Assembly (NCBI RefSeq): GCF_018977255.1
Contig: NW_024704743.1
Location: 10,480,001-10,544,000 of the forward strand
Length of the DNA: 64,000 nucleotides
Reading direction: 5' to 3'
Source: Callorhinchus milii
Taxonomy: Eukaryota
The notes beneath the pieces are model-generated. The model was not told the origin of the DNA, ran no database searches, and saw only the letters and a list, made by a program, of their open reading frames with translations. Numbering within the stretch: the stretch's first letter is position 1; every line of letters begins with the position of its first letter. Shown one piece after another: positions 24,745-36,745 of the stretch. Position numbers and translations under genes: made by a program.

Positions 24745-26182
24745 AAGAAAGCCAATTGGTCCATCTATGTTGGCTCTCTGAACGAGCTATCCATTCAGTT
24801 CTCCTCCTCCTTATCCTCCTCCCATCCCCCCATTACCACACACACATGTTTCTCCTTTTCAAATATCGGTCTATTCTTTTTTAAAAGCTATTGCAGATTC
24901 TGCTTGAACCATCAATTTTTGGTTTGGTGTTTCACATTACAGTATATTCATCTGGGTGCAAAGAAAATTCTCCTAATCTCTCCCTTTATTTTATTTTGCT
25001 GATCTCAAATTGATACCCTCCAGTTAGTATCCCACATCAGTAGCTTTTCCTGATTTACCTTATCAAAAATCTCTTGTATTTTGATTGCCTATTTCAAGTC
25101 TTCTCTCACCTTTATCTGCCCCTAAAAATACACAGTGGCTACACTTTGCAATAATTACTGTGAGGTGTTGTGGGTTCAAGCCCCATGTCAGGACATTGAA
25201 CTCAAAGTCAAGGATGGCACTCCAGCCCAGTCCTGGGGGAAGTGCTGCATGATCAGAGGTTCTGTGTTTCAGATGAAACATTAAACCGATGTCCTGTCTG
25301 CATGCTTAAGTGCACAAAAAAGACCCAGTAGCAATTTGAAAAGACGATGTCCCGGCCAACAGTTCTCCAGATAAATTGATCATCCACTTCACTAATTTAC
25401 TGCATACAAAATTCCCATTGTGCTTGCTTATAGATTTAAATGCTCTGAGATGCTACCTCAATATCGAACACTATATAAATAAGTTGTTGTTGTACAGCAC
25501 TACAATTGACAGCAATTCCTGGAAAAGTGTTTTGAGGTGTTTCGATGTTATAGGCGCGGTATCAAATAATTGTTGTTCCATTGATGCAATTTTTATGCTA
25601 AGAAATATTACATAAAGGATTAATATATTATGTAAGATGAAACAAGGTAGAGAGTTTTAGATTTGGGGAATAGTTAAGACATCTATCTCTTTGCTTCAGT
25701 TATTGAAGGTTATTTCAGTTGTTCCCGGAGGTTTAATGGAACCTGGTTCTGCTGTCTGTTTACTGCCTTCTCATCCTAGACGACTTCAACCTTCACTTCA
25801 TCCCCTCCTGCTGACTTCTCCTCCCTTATCTCTTCCCTCAACCTCTCCGTCCACATCCACTCCACCACCCATGTCCGCGGTCAACCCCTTGACCTGGGAA
25901 TCAATCGGGGCCTCGCTGTCGCGGACCTCACCATCACTGACAAAGCAATCTCGGATCATCACTTCAACTCCCTTAACTCTACAATCTCTCTCCCCACCAT
26001 CATCCAACCCACCTCCATCTCCTACCACCCCTGAAAAAAATCTCCACCCCACTGCCTTGGAGTCATCTGAACTCCTCCCCTTCTAGGGTTCCTCTGGCAA
26101 TCACCTCGGACACTCTCCTCCACAACTTCATCTCCACCACTTTCGATTCCTTTGCTCCCCTCACTTCCTGAACCATCCCCTA

Positions 26183-27058
26183 CAACAACAACAACAACAA
26201 CAAGATTCCATTTATAAAGCGCCTTTCACGTCAGGAGGCCGTCCCAAGGCGCTGCACAGTTGGGTCATGACCCGAGCAGGGGGGAAATGGTCAGGGTGAG
26301 GGGAGGGAAGGGAGGGAGAGAGGAGGGGGGAAATGGTCAGGGTGAGGGGAGGGAAGGGAGGGAGCGAGGAGGAGGAAGAGAGTCGAAAGGGGAGCTGAAG
26401 GCACGGTCAAAGAGAAAGGTTTTGAGACCGGCCTTGAAGGAGGAAAGGGAGGAAGCAAGGCGAAGGCACTGGGGGATGGAGTTCCAGAGCCTGGGGGCTG
26501 AGAGGCTGAAGGCCCGACCACCGATGGTAGGGCGGTTGGGGCGGGGGACGTGGAGCAGACCGGAGCCAGAGGAACGGAGGGTACGGGCAGGTAGGTAGGG
26601 GGATAGTAGGTTGGAGAGGTAGGAGGGAGCAAGGCCGTGAATGGCCTTGTAGGTGAGGATGAGGATCTTGAAATCAATCCTCTGGGGGATGGGGAGCCAG
26701 TGGAGGCGAGCGAGGGTGGGAGTGATGTGATCGCGAAGCCTGGTGCGGGACAGTACACGAGCTGCAGAGTTCTGAATGACCTGCAGCTTGTGGAGGGAGG
26801 TGGCGGGAAGGCCGGCGAGGAGAGAGTTCCCATAGTCCAGCCTTGAGGTGACAAAGGCGTGAACCAGGGTTTCAGCGGCGTGAGGGGTGAGGTAGTGCCG
26901 TAATCTGGCGATATTCCGGAGGTGATGGAAGGCGGTGCCAGTTGTGGTGCGGATGTGAGGGAGAAAGGACAGCTCAGGGTCGAACAAAACCCCGAGGTTC
27001 CTGACTGGCTTTGAGAGGTGGAGAGTGCAGCCTTGGATGCTGATGGTGTCAGCGCCTG
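26183..27058 (-). mobile_element. Young L2, middle (mosaic) copy
   Basis: Left flank is that of the long copy; 5' truncation point and right flank are those of copy A. Confidence 0.92.
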
Positions 27059-28094
27059 AAGAAAGCCAATTGGTCCATCTATGTTGGCTCTCTGAACGAG
27101 CTATCCATTCAGTTCTCCTCCTCCTTATCCTCCTCCCATCCCCCCATTACCACACACACATGTTTCTCCTTTTCAAATATCGGTCTATTCTTTTTTAAAA
27201 GCTATTGCAGATTCTGCTTGAACCATCAATTTTTGGTTTGGTGTTTCACATTACAGTATATTCATCTGGGTGCAAAGAAAATTCTCCTAATCTCTCCCTT
27301 TATTTTATTTTGCTGATCTCAAATTGATACCCTCCAGTTAGTATCCCACATCAGTAGCTTTTCCTGATTTACCTTATCAAAAATCTCTTGTATTTTGATT
27401 GCCTATTTCAAGTCTTCTCTCACCTTTATCTGCCCCTAAAAATACACAGTGGCTACACTTTGCAATAATTACTGTGAGGTGTTGTGGGTTCAAGCCCCAT
27501 GTCAGGACATTGAACTCAAAGTCAAGGATGGCACTCCAGCCCAGTCCTGGGGGAAGTGCTGCATGATCAGAGGTTCTGTGTTTCAGATGAAACATTAAAC
27601 CGATGTCCTGTCTGCATGCTTAAGTGCACAAAAAAGACCCAGTAGCAATTTGAAAAGACGATGTCCCGGCCAACAGTTCTCCAGATAAATTGATCATCCA
27701 CTTCACTAATTTACTGCATACAAAATTCCCATTGTGCTTGCTTATAGATTTAAATGCTCTGAGATGCTACCTCAATATCGAACACTATATAAATAAGTTG
27801 TTGTTGTACAGCACTACAATTGACAGCAATTCCTGGAAAAGTGTTTTGAGGTGTTTCGATGTTATAGGCGCGGTATCAAATAATTGTTGTTCCATTGATG
27901 CAATTTTTATGCTAAGAAATATTACATAAAGGATTAATATATTATGTAAGATGAAACAAGGTAGAGAGTTTTAGATTTGGGGAATAGTTAAGACATCTAT
28001 CTCTTTGCTTCAGTTATTGAAGGTTATTTCAGTTGTTCCCGGAGGTTTAATGGAACCTGGTTCTGCTGTCTGTTTACTGCCTTCTCATCCTAGA

Positions 28095-31000
28095 CGACTT
28101 CAACCTTCACTTCATCCCCTCCTGCTGACTTCTCCTCCCTTATCTCTTCCCTCAACCTCTCCGTCCACATCCACTCCACCACCCATGTCCGCGGTCAACC
28201 CCTTGACCTGGGAATCAATCGGGGCCTCGCTGTCGCGGACCTCACCATCACTGACAAAGCAATCTCGGATCATCACTTCAACTCCCTTAACTCTACAATC
28301 TCTCTCCCCACCATCATCCAACCCACCTCCATCTCCTACCACCCCTGAAAAAAATCTCCACCCCACTGCCTTGGAGTCATCTGAACTCCTCCCCTTCTAG
28401 GGTTCCTCTGGCAATCACCTCGGACACTCTCCTCCACAACTTCATCTCCACCACTTTCGATTCCTTTGCTCCCCTCACTTCCTGAACCGTCCCCTACAAC
28501 AACAACAACAACAACAAGATTCCATTTATAAAGCGCCTTTCACGTCAGGAGGACGTCCCAAGGCGCTGCACAGTTGGGTCATGACCCGAGCAGGGGGGAA
28601 ATGGTCAGGGTGAGGGGAGGGAAGGGAGGGAGAGAGGAGGGGGGAAATGGTCAGGGTGAGGGGAGGGAAGGGAGGGAGCGAGGAGGGGAAGAGAGTCGAG
28701 AGGGGAGCTGAAGGCACGGTCAAAGAGAAAGGTTTTGAGACCGGCCTTGAAGGAGGAAAGGGAGGAAGCAAGGCGAAGGCACTGGGGGATGGAGTTCCAG
28801 AGCCTGGGGCTGAGAGGCTGAAGGCCCGACCACCGATGGTAGGGCGGTTGGGGCGGGGGACGTGGAGCAGACCGGAGCCAGAGGAACGGAGGGTACGGGC
28901 AGGTAGGTAGGGGGATAGTAGGTTGGAGAGGTAGGAGGGAGCAAGGCCGTGAATGGCCTTGTAGGTGAGGATGAGGATCTTGAAATCAATCCTCTGGGGG
29001 ATGGGGAGCCAGTGGAGGCGAGCGAGGGTGGGAGTGATGTGGTCCCGAAGCCTGGTGCGGGACAGTACACGAGCTGCAGAGTTCTGAATGACCTGCAGCT
29101 TGTGGAGGGAGGTGGCGGGAAGGCCGGCGAGGAGAGAGTTCCCATAGTCCAGCCTTGAGGTGACAAAGGCGTGAACCAGGGTTTCAGCAGCGTGAGGGGT
29201 GAGGTAATGCCGTAGTCTGGCGATGTTCCGGAGGTGATGGAAGGCGGTGCCAGTTGTGGTGCGGATGTGAGGGAGAAAGGACAGCTCAGGGTCGAACAAA
29301 ACGCCGAGGTTCCTGACTGGCTTTGAGAGGTGGAGAGTGCAGCCTTGGATGCTGATGGTGTCAGCGCCTGAGGTGCGGAGGCGCTGACGTGAGCCAATCA
29401 GGAGGGCCTCGGTTTTTCGCACGTTGAGCTGAAGAAAGTTGTCTCTCGTCCAGGACTCGATGTCGGACAGGCAGGCTGTCAGGACATCGGTGGTCGTGGA
29501 GTTGAGAGTAGAGGAGGAAAGGTAGAGTTGGGTGTCATCCGCATACATGTGGAAGTTAACTCCATGTCTGCGGATGATGTCACCAAGGGGGAGCATATAG
29601 AGGGTGAAGAGGAGGGGACCGAGGACAGAGCCCTGAGGGACACCACATGAGACAGTACGGGGGGTGGAGGAGAAGCCATTCGTCGAGACAAAGTGAAGAC
29701 GGTGAGAAAGGTACGACCTAAACCATTCAAGGACAGTGCCTTGAAGGTTGAGGTGGGAGGACAAGCGGTGGAGTAGGATAGCGTGGTCGACCGTATCGAA
29801 TGCTGCCGATAGGTCGAGGAGGACGAGGAGACAGAGGGAGCCCTGGTCACAGATGGTCAGGATATCATTGGTGACCTTGACCAGGGCAGTTTCTGTGCTA
29901 TGGGCAGCACGGAAACCTGACTGAAGGGGTTCGAAAAGAGAATGGGTGGAAAGGAAAGAGCGCAGTTGGGAGGCGACAACTCTTTCCAAGACCTTGGAGA
30001 GAAAGGGGAGGTTGGAGATGGGCCGGTAGCTTGATAGCTGCGACGCATCAAGGGAGGGTTTTTTCAGGGTGGGCGTGATGATGGCAGTTTTTAATGGAAT
30101 GGGGACAGAGCCAGAGGAGAGGGACAGGTTTATGATGTCAGTGATATGTGGGGCAAGAAAGTGGAGCTGGGAGATAAGGAGTGGAGTGGGGATGGGGTCA
30201 AGGGAGCAGGTGGTTGGTTTTAGGGATAGGATGAGTTCAGTGACAGAGGGTGGGGAAACGGGTACGAAGGTGTGTAGGGGAGGATGGGTAGGAGTCGGAG
30301 TGTGGGAGGGAAGGGGTGGGTGGTGGGTGGAAGTTGGAGGGGAAGTGACCGCGGAGCGGATTCCCTTGATCTTGGATTCAAGGAAATCCAGCATCTCCTC
30401 GCAGTGAAGGTTGGAGGAGATGACCTGCGCGGGGTGGCGGGGGGGACGGAGGAGTCGGGTTGTGGTGGAAAACAGTAGCCTGGGGTTGTTCTTCGCCTCC
30501 AGGATTATCCTGGAGTAGAAGGACGACTTGGCCGAGGCTAGAGTGGAGCGGTAAATTTTGAGGAGGTCCAGCCAGATTTGTCGGTGGACCGTTAGGCCAG
30601 ATTTGACACAGGTGCGCATGAAAGTCACCATGGTACACCGCCACTCCCTTAAAATACAGGTGCATGCTGCTGAACACATCTGGCTTAAATCAAACTTAAT
30701 GGTCCATCAGCAGATTTGGCTGGACCTTATCAAATCTTACCACTCCACCTTCACCTCCGCTAAATCGTTGTTATACTGCAAGACAATCTTGGAGGCCAAG
30801 TACATCACCAGGCTCCTCTTCTCCATCACCAACCAGCTCCTTCACCCACCCTCTCACACCTCACCCATCCTCACCTCCAATGCCAACTGTGAGGCGATGC
30901 TGGACTTCCTCAAATCCAAAGTTGAGGGAATCCGCTCAGCTGCTTCTACCCTTCCATCTACTACCCCCTCCTCATCTCTCCCTCATACCCTTTCCCTTAA

Positions 31001-32697
31001 CCATCCACACATTCGAACCTGTCTCCCACTCAACTCACCGCCATTATAACCTGTATGAAATTGACCACCTAAGCTCTCGATCCCATCCCTACCCCTCTCC
31101 TTAGCTCCCAGCTCCACCTCCTTGTCCATCTACTCCCTGTCCTCTGCTACTGTTCCCACCCCTTTAAAAATGTCCGTCATCACTACTATTCTTTAAAAAA
31201 CCCTCCCTGGACCCATTCCTGCTCTCAAACTACCATTCCCACCTCAAACCTTCCTTTCCTCTCCAAGTCCTGGAATGAGTTGTTGCTTCCCAGCTTCGCT
31301 CCTTCCTCTGCCGCCACTCTCTTCATGAACCCCTCCAATCTGCTTTGCGGCAACCTGGACCGAGGCCCTCCTGATTGGCTCCCGTCAGCTCCTCCACACC
31401 TCAGTTGTTGGCAGCATCACCATTCATTGATGCACACTCCATCTTACTAAGCTAATCCACAGCACAGCCCTTGTCAAAGTGACAAATGACATTCCGTCTC
31501 CTCATTCTCTTTAACATCTCTGCTACTTTCGACACCGCCGACCACTCTATCCTCATCCACCATTTCTTCCCTCACCTCAACCTTCATGGTTCTGTCCTTG
31601 AATGGTTCAGATCATACCTCTCACACCACCTCTACTTCATCTCCACAAATGGTTTTTCTTCTAGCCCCCGCACCGTCTTGTGTGGTGCTTCTCAAGGCTC
31701 TGTCCTTTGTCCGCTCCTCCTCAAGATCTATATGCTCCCTCTTGGTGACATCATCTGCAGAGATGGGGTCAACTTCCACATGTATGTACCTCTATGCCTC
31801 CACGCTTGACTCCAGAGCCACTAATGTCCTGACATAATGTCTGTCAGACATCAAGTCCTTGACGAGAACTAACTTTCTTCAGTTGAATGTCAACAAGACC
31901 GAGGCCCTCCTGATTGGCTCCCGTCAGCTCCTCCACACCTCAGTTGTTGGTAGCATCACCATTCATGGATGCACACTCCACCTTACTAAGCCAATCCAGA
32001 ACCTTGGTATCTTGTTTGACCCTTAAATACCCTTTCTGTCCCAAATCTGTGCCGTGACCCACTCTGCCTTCCCCCACCTCCACACCATCACCTGGCTCTG
32101 CCATTGTCTCACCCTCAGGCTGCCGAAACTCTCATACATGCATTCAAAGCATACAGACTTAACTATGCAAACTCCTTGCTTTCGGCCTCCCCAACTCCTC
32201 CCTCCATAGGCTGCAGATCATCCAGAATGCTGCAGCCCATGTCCTCTCCCACCGGGCTCTATGGCACTATCACCCTCATTCTCGACTGACTGGTTTCCCA
32301 TTACACAGAGGATACAGTTCAAGATCCTGGTCCTCATCTTCACAGTCCTCCGTGGCGTTGCTCACCCCTACCTCTGCGACCACATAACATACTACCATCT
32401 GACCGCTCCCTCCGCTTAGCGGGCTCCAGGCTGCTTCATGTCCCCCGCCTCGCCCTCCGCGGACAGGCCTTCTGCTAAACTACCCCCACCCTCTGGAACT
32501 CCATCCCACAGTCCCTCCCCTTCCTTCAAGAACCTCATGTCCCTCATCTTTGACCGTGCTTTCGATCACTCTCCTTCCCCTTCCTGCCCTCCATTCTCCC
32601 CAAACCTGACCCCCAGCTCGGGTCCGAAACACTGACCTTGGGATGTCCTCCCAATGTGAATAGTGGTACACAAATGTAAATTTGTTGTTATTGCTGT
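28095..32697 (+). mobile_element. Old L2 (EN C-terminus to tail) split by the young antisense L2 at 28497-30617
   Basis: Left part reads PTHVRGQPLDL...ISDHH...FDSFAPL. The right part resumes at SPWYT (about 30625) and continues through decayed RT to the tail at about 32640-32697. The left part is also duplicated at about 25781-26182. Confidence 0.85.
28497..30617 (-). mobile_element. Young L2 copy B, about 2.1 kb, with uninterrupted RT reading frame
   Basis: ORF 28526-30679 contains [50 protein letters not shown]. It has a single 1-nt deletion in a G-run at 28806-28809 relative to the sister copies. Confidence 0.96.
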
Positions 32698-33399
32698 TCC
32701 TTCTATATAGGATTAATCCTAACTTCCCCCCACTCCTCTCCCAACCACAACTATCCCTCATCCAGAGCTTGCTCATTAACTGCCTGGCTTTACTCTAATT
32801 AACTGTACATTCAGAACAAGGCTAAGTTTGGTTGGAACATCCCATTAATCTGCAAAATTCCACTGTATCATTGCTGCCAATTGTCTGGCCCATTGCTACA
32901 GTCATCTGAGATTGTTATTCAGCTGCTCAGTTACAAGTCCCTGGAGCACTCATGTAAACATATCTAAAATAATAATTTAGCAGTTTATGTGATATGCGTG
33001 TGTTAAGCTAATCACAAGATCAAAAGATTATAAGAAGACATTCGGATAAAGAATGCTCTTCAGCCCATTTGATTTCATCAACCTTTCCATCAAACATCAA
33101 GCTGTTTTTAAGGTAACCAGTATTCTGCCTTCATCATCCACCCTGTTAATCTGTTCCAGCAATAAATAAAAACTTTCTGGTGTCTGCCCAGAAATTACCC
33201 TTCACAACTATCCTCTTGTACAGTATTAAAATATTGTTCTGGGTTCAATTTCTCAATCCCATTTAGTATCCTACGTACCTCATAAGATCCTCTCGAAGAT
33301 GTATTTTACACAAGGCAGAAATTGACATCTCAAAGTGTAAAGTGGGATTATTTCACTCTATAGAAGCCACACAGTTCCAAAACATTGGCAACTGGTTTC

Positions 33400-33797
33400 A
33401 CAATGATGATGTTAAGAGTGTGATTTCTCTTAGTGTCAAAATATAGTACCAAAGTATAGTGATTGCATTTTGTAGGCACCCAGAATCCAATTTGTGTATA
33501 CCAATGTCCCACAAACAGCCTTGAAGTGAATGATCAATTTTATATGGGGAATTGTTAGCTAGGACACCTGAAGAAATTCACTTTATTTTCTTAAATGATG
33601 CCAAATGATCTTTAACATCCAGACAGTCAGGACCTCAGTTTAACATCTCATCTGAAGGAAGGAAACTTTAATAATACAGCACTCCCAGCACTGCACTGGA
33701 GTGTCAAACTATGAGCTCAAAGAACAAAATGAGACTTGTGGCCACAATCTTCTGACCCCTAAAATAATGACTACTACCAATTGAATGAGACTGACAC
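33400..33797 (-). mobile_element. Decayed Deu-domain SINE
   Basis: 'caatgtcccacaaacagcc...tttaacatctcatctgaagga...ccacaatcttctgac...ctaccaattg'. Confidence 0.7.
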
Positions 33798-33939
33798 ACA
33801 TGCTGAATTTTGAGGAAATAATTACTCTTAATTTGTGAAAAGTTCTCACTTCCTGTGGTTACTAAAATTAACTGAAAAAAAGCTTCCAATTAAGTACAAA
33901 CTTAAGAATTTTGCAAAACTCTGATTGAAAAGATCTTAC

Positions 33940-34024
33940 CTTTTTGGAGGGGTTCAGCCAGGTTTTGGCACACCCATACACCTATCACTGTGCTTAAGAG
34001 TACCAAATTCAAAGTTGCATGCAT
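33940..34024 (-). CDS. Candidate signal-peptide (leader) exon of an unidentified secreted or membrane protein
   Basis: ATG at 34024 reads MHATLNLVLLSTVIGVWVCQNLAEPLQK+G into the consensus donor AAG|GTAAGA (phase 1). In-frame stop upstream, possible acceptor at 34032, non-repetitive context. Confidence 0.45.
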
Positions 34025-34384
34025 CACAGCTCTACATGAAAATTCTTATGTATTGGAATGGAATGCACTCTCTCTTCCTGGAGGAACTCATCCTGCTTAT
34101 CTAATTCCAGAGAATACTGGGTACAAATCAATGAAGGCTTGAAGACCCCAGAAGGTGCACTGGGTACTGCTGAAATTTAACCAGCTAAACTGCATATCTT
34201 GCCTTGGAAAGCACTGTCTGACTCTGTCTCCTTCTCCAGCAAAGGATCACCCTATCCACTAGGACTTTGGCATGCAGAGTTAACAGGAGTTGGGTGGGAA
34301 GAATCCCTGTTCCCTTGTCATCACTTCTCTACCCCTCCAAGTCTTGCTGGCTGGGCTATCATCAGCTATGCCTGGAACTGCTGG

Positions 34385-35000
34385 CACAACAACAACTTGC
34401 AATTATATAGTACCCTTCATGCTTGGTAGCATCCCAGAGTGCTTGATAGTGGTGGAGTCTGACCCTGATCCAGTGGGAGAGGGAGCGAGGTGGTGACCAT
34501 CAGCACAATCAAATAGGAAGGTGTTTAGATGGGATTTGAAAGTGGGGATGGAGGGGGCAAGATGGAAGGATTGATGGAGGGAGTTCTAGAGCTTCGGGGC
34601 ATAGTGGCTGAAAGCACGGCAGTTGATATTGAAGCAGGGGGGTGGGGGGGAGAGACAAACAGAAGACCAGAGCTGGTCGAGCGGAGGCAACGGGTGGTGG
34701 AGTGGGGTGTAGGCAAATCGGATAGATAGGGAGTTGTGAGGGCATGAAGGGATTTGAAAACGAGTGAGAGGATCTTGAAGTTAATCTGTTTGGTAATTGG
34801 GAGCCGGTGCAACCTGGCAAGAACTGGTGTGATGGAGGTCCGGAGTTCTATGTGAGCTAGTATCCAGGCGGCAGAGTTCTGAATTAATTTAATTTTGTGT
34901 ACTGCGGAACTGGGGAGATCAACGCAGAGGGCGTTTGAAAAATTCAGCTGTGTGAACGAGGTGTGAACAAGGGTTTCGTCATCTGTTGGTGTGAGGGCTC
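34385..35000 (-). mobile_element. L2 3' portion, decayed
   Basis: HRLPITKQINFKILSLVFKSLH (34525-34812); tail 'caacaacaacttgcaattatatag'. Confidence 0.85.
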
Positions 35001-36589
35001 AGGAACCGGACTACGAGACCACCTCAGAGGGCTAGTTTGATTCCAATATTCCAATGCCAAGCATGTCATCTTGGTGGCAGTTCAGCTCCTAGGAGACCAC
35101 GCTTAACCCCCCACCCCACTCCAGGAGAATAGTTATGTGCCACTCCATTTCCAAATCTTACTGCTGGTTAGACAATGTTCTTAAGACTAAGATCATAGGA
35201 ATTTGGGGACCTTGGACTTGGCTGTGATGCCCCTGTGGTCAAACAGTCTGCCACTCAAAGGCTCACCATTGACACCAGAGTCCAAAAGTGAACTACTTCA
35301 GAAGATGAAGAGAAGAGAAATTTGCGAAAGTTGTTGCTAATACGAAAAATAGGAGGGACATGGTTCAATACTGAGTTAAGCTGATCTCAGCCAGGATGGT
35401 CGTGGAAGAACATAATCCATGCTGCTACAGAAGTGAATATGTCAGCATTCACGTTGCTTGTAATAATGTCTTCTAAGGAGAAATGTGACTGGCTTTGTGG
35501 TCTTGTGAATAGGAGAAATGTTGTACTGGTGTTCTCACTGTACATCTTATTATCACCAAAAATAAGCAAACCATGAAAAGCACTGTTGAAACCAACCGTC
35601 CAGCCAAAGTGGTTGCACCTTGTTCAGAGCTTTAGAATCCACAGTGATTTATAAGAATAATCATAGCATTCAGAATGTCTTAAAGTGCTTCATAGGTTTT
35701 ACTATAAAGAATTTACTGCAAAATGTAATGACTGCATTTTGTAGGTGAACAAGGCAGCCAACTTAATCCGAAGAATTCTTGGCCTGGACACTGGGAGAAA
35801 CTCCCTTGTCTTTTTGAATAGTGCCATGGAATCTTTAACATTGATTTGAACAAGCAGACTGAACATTGGTTCAAACGTTTCTTCTGAAAGATGTCCAAAA
35901 TTTGACTTAAGGGCTTTTCTGATGAGTAATAAAATTAAGAATTTGTTGTTCCCATTGCAATGAAGGTTCAGGACCTATTGATATTCCTTTGTTCTTGTCA
36001 ATGATGATAAACAGAGAGCTATTCAGCCATATAAGGTGAATTAGTCACACAGTTCCATTGATAGAGCCATTAATAGAACATAATGGGAGGACAGTACACA
36101 AAATGCCAGGAGACTGAATTATGATGTTTCCACTGCACAAGAAAATATTGACAAAGGAGCCAAAAATGATTGCTTTTTTTAAAAACCATTGGAAAGAATT
36201 TGAATAAAAAGTTCTATGGAATAAGTAAGCGGAATGTAAAACAAATGAATAAGACACTAAGAAATTCCTATGATTACATAACATGTTCCTATGATTACAG
36301 AGAAAAGTACAACCGTAAATCTTGGTTTAGAGAAACATTAAGAAAATCCAGTTTAGGTACCAGTCAGTTCAAATTTAGATTTTCATACAACAGCAACAAT
36401 TTCCATTTATATAGCATCCATCATGCATAATCGTGTCTCGGAGCACTGAATAGTGGCGAGGTTGAATGCTGAGCAAGGCAAGAGGACCATAGGCCCAGTC
36501 AACACTGAGAGTTGTTGGGACATGGAATACCCTGCCAGGTAAAGTGGTAGCAAAGTCCTCTGTGGGTTTCAAGTGGAAAGAAGACACTT

Positions 36590-36745
36590 CTAGACGTCTT
36601 CTAGACGTCTCAAAGCGCTTCACAGAATATACTGTAAAGTGAATTGACTGTATATTTGTGGGCGAAACGCGGCAGCCAATAACACACAGCAGTGTCCCAC
36701 AAACAGTCGTGGATTGAAGTGACCAATTTATTATTTTTTTCTTGA
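36590..36745 (-). mobile_element. SINE 3' half (young family)
   Basis: 'aaagcgcttcacagaatatactgtaaagtgaattgactgtatatttgtgggcgaaacgcggcagcc'. Confidence 0.85.

Larger units (their letters stand above)
23873..29371. repeat. Tandem duplication with 2314-bp period (L2-spacer-L2-spacer-L2)
   Basis: Identical ORF pairs offset by exactly 2314: 25063/27377, 25376/27690, 25691/28005, 25798/28112. Confidence 0.97.

Noticed and set aside
28526..30679. 717-aa ORF as a host gene or complete retrotransposase
   Set aside because: It is a 5'-truncated L2 ORF2 lacking the endonuclease. The N-terminus is read from the antisense host L2 and the C-terminus is frameshifted.
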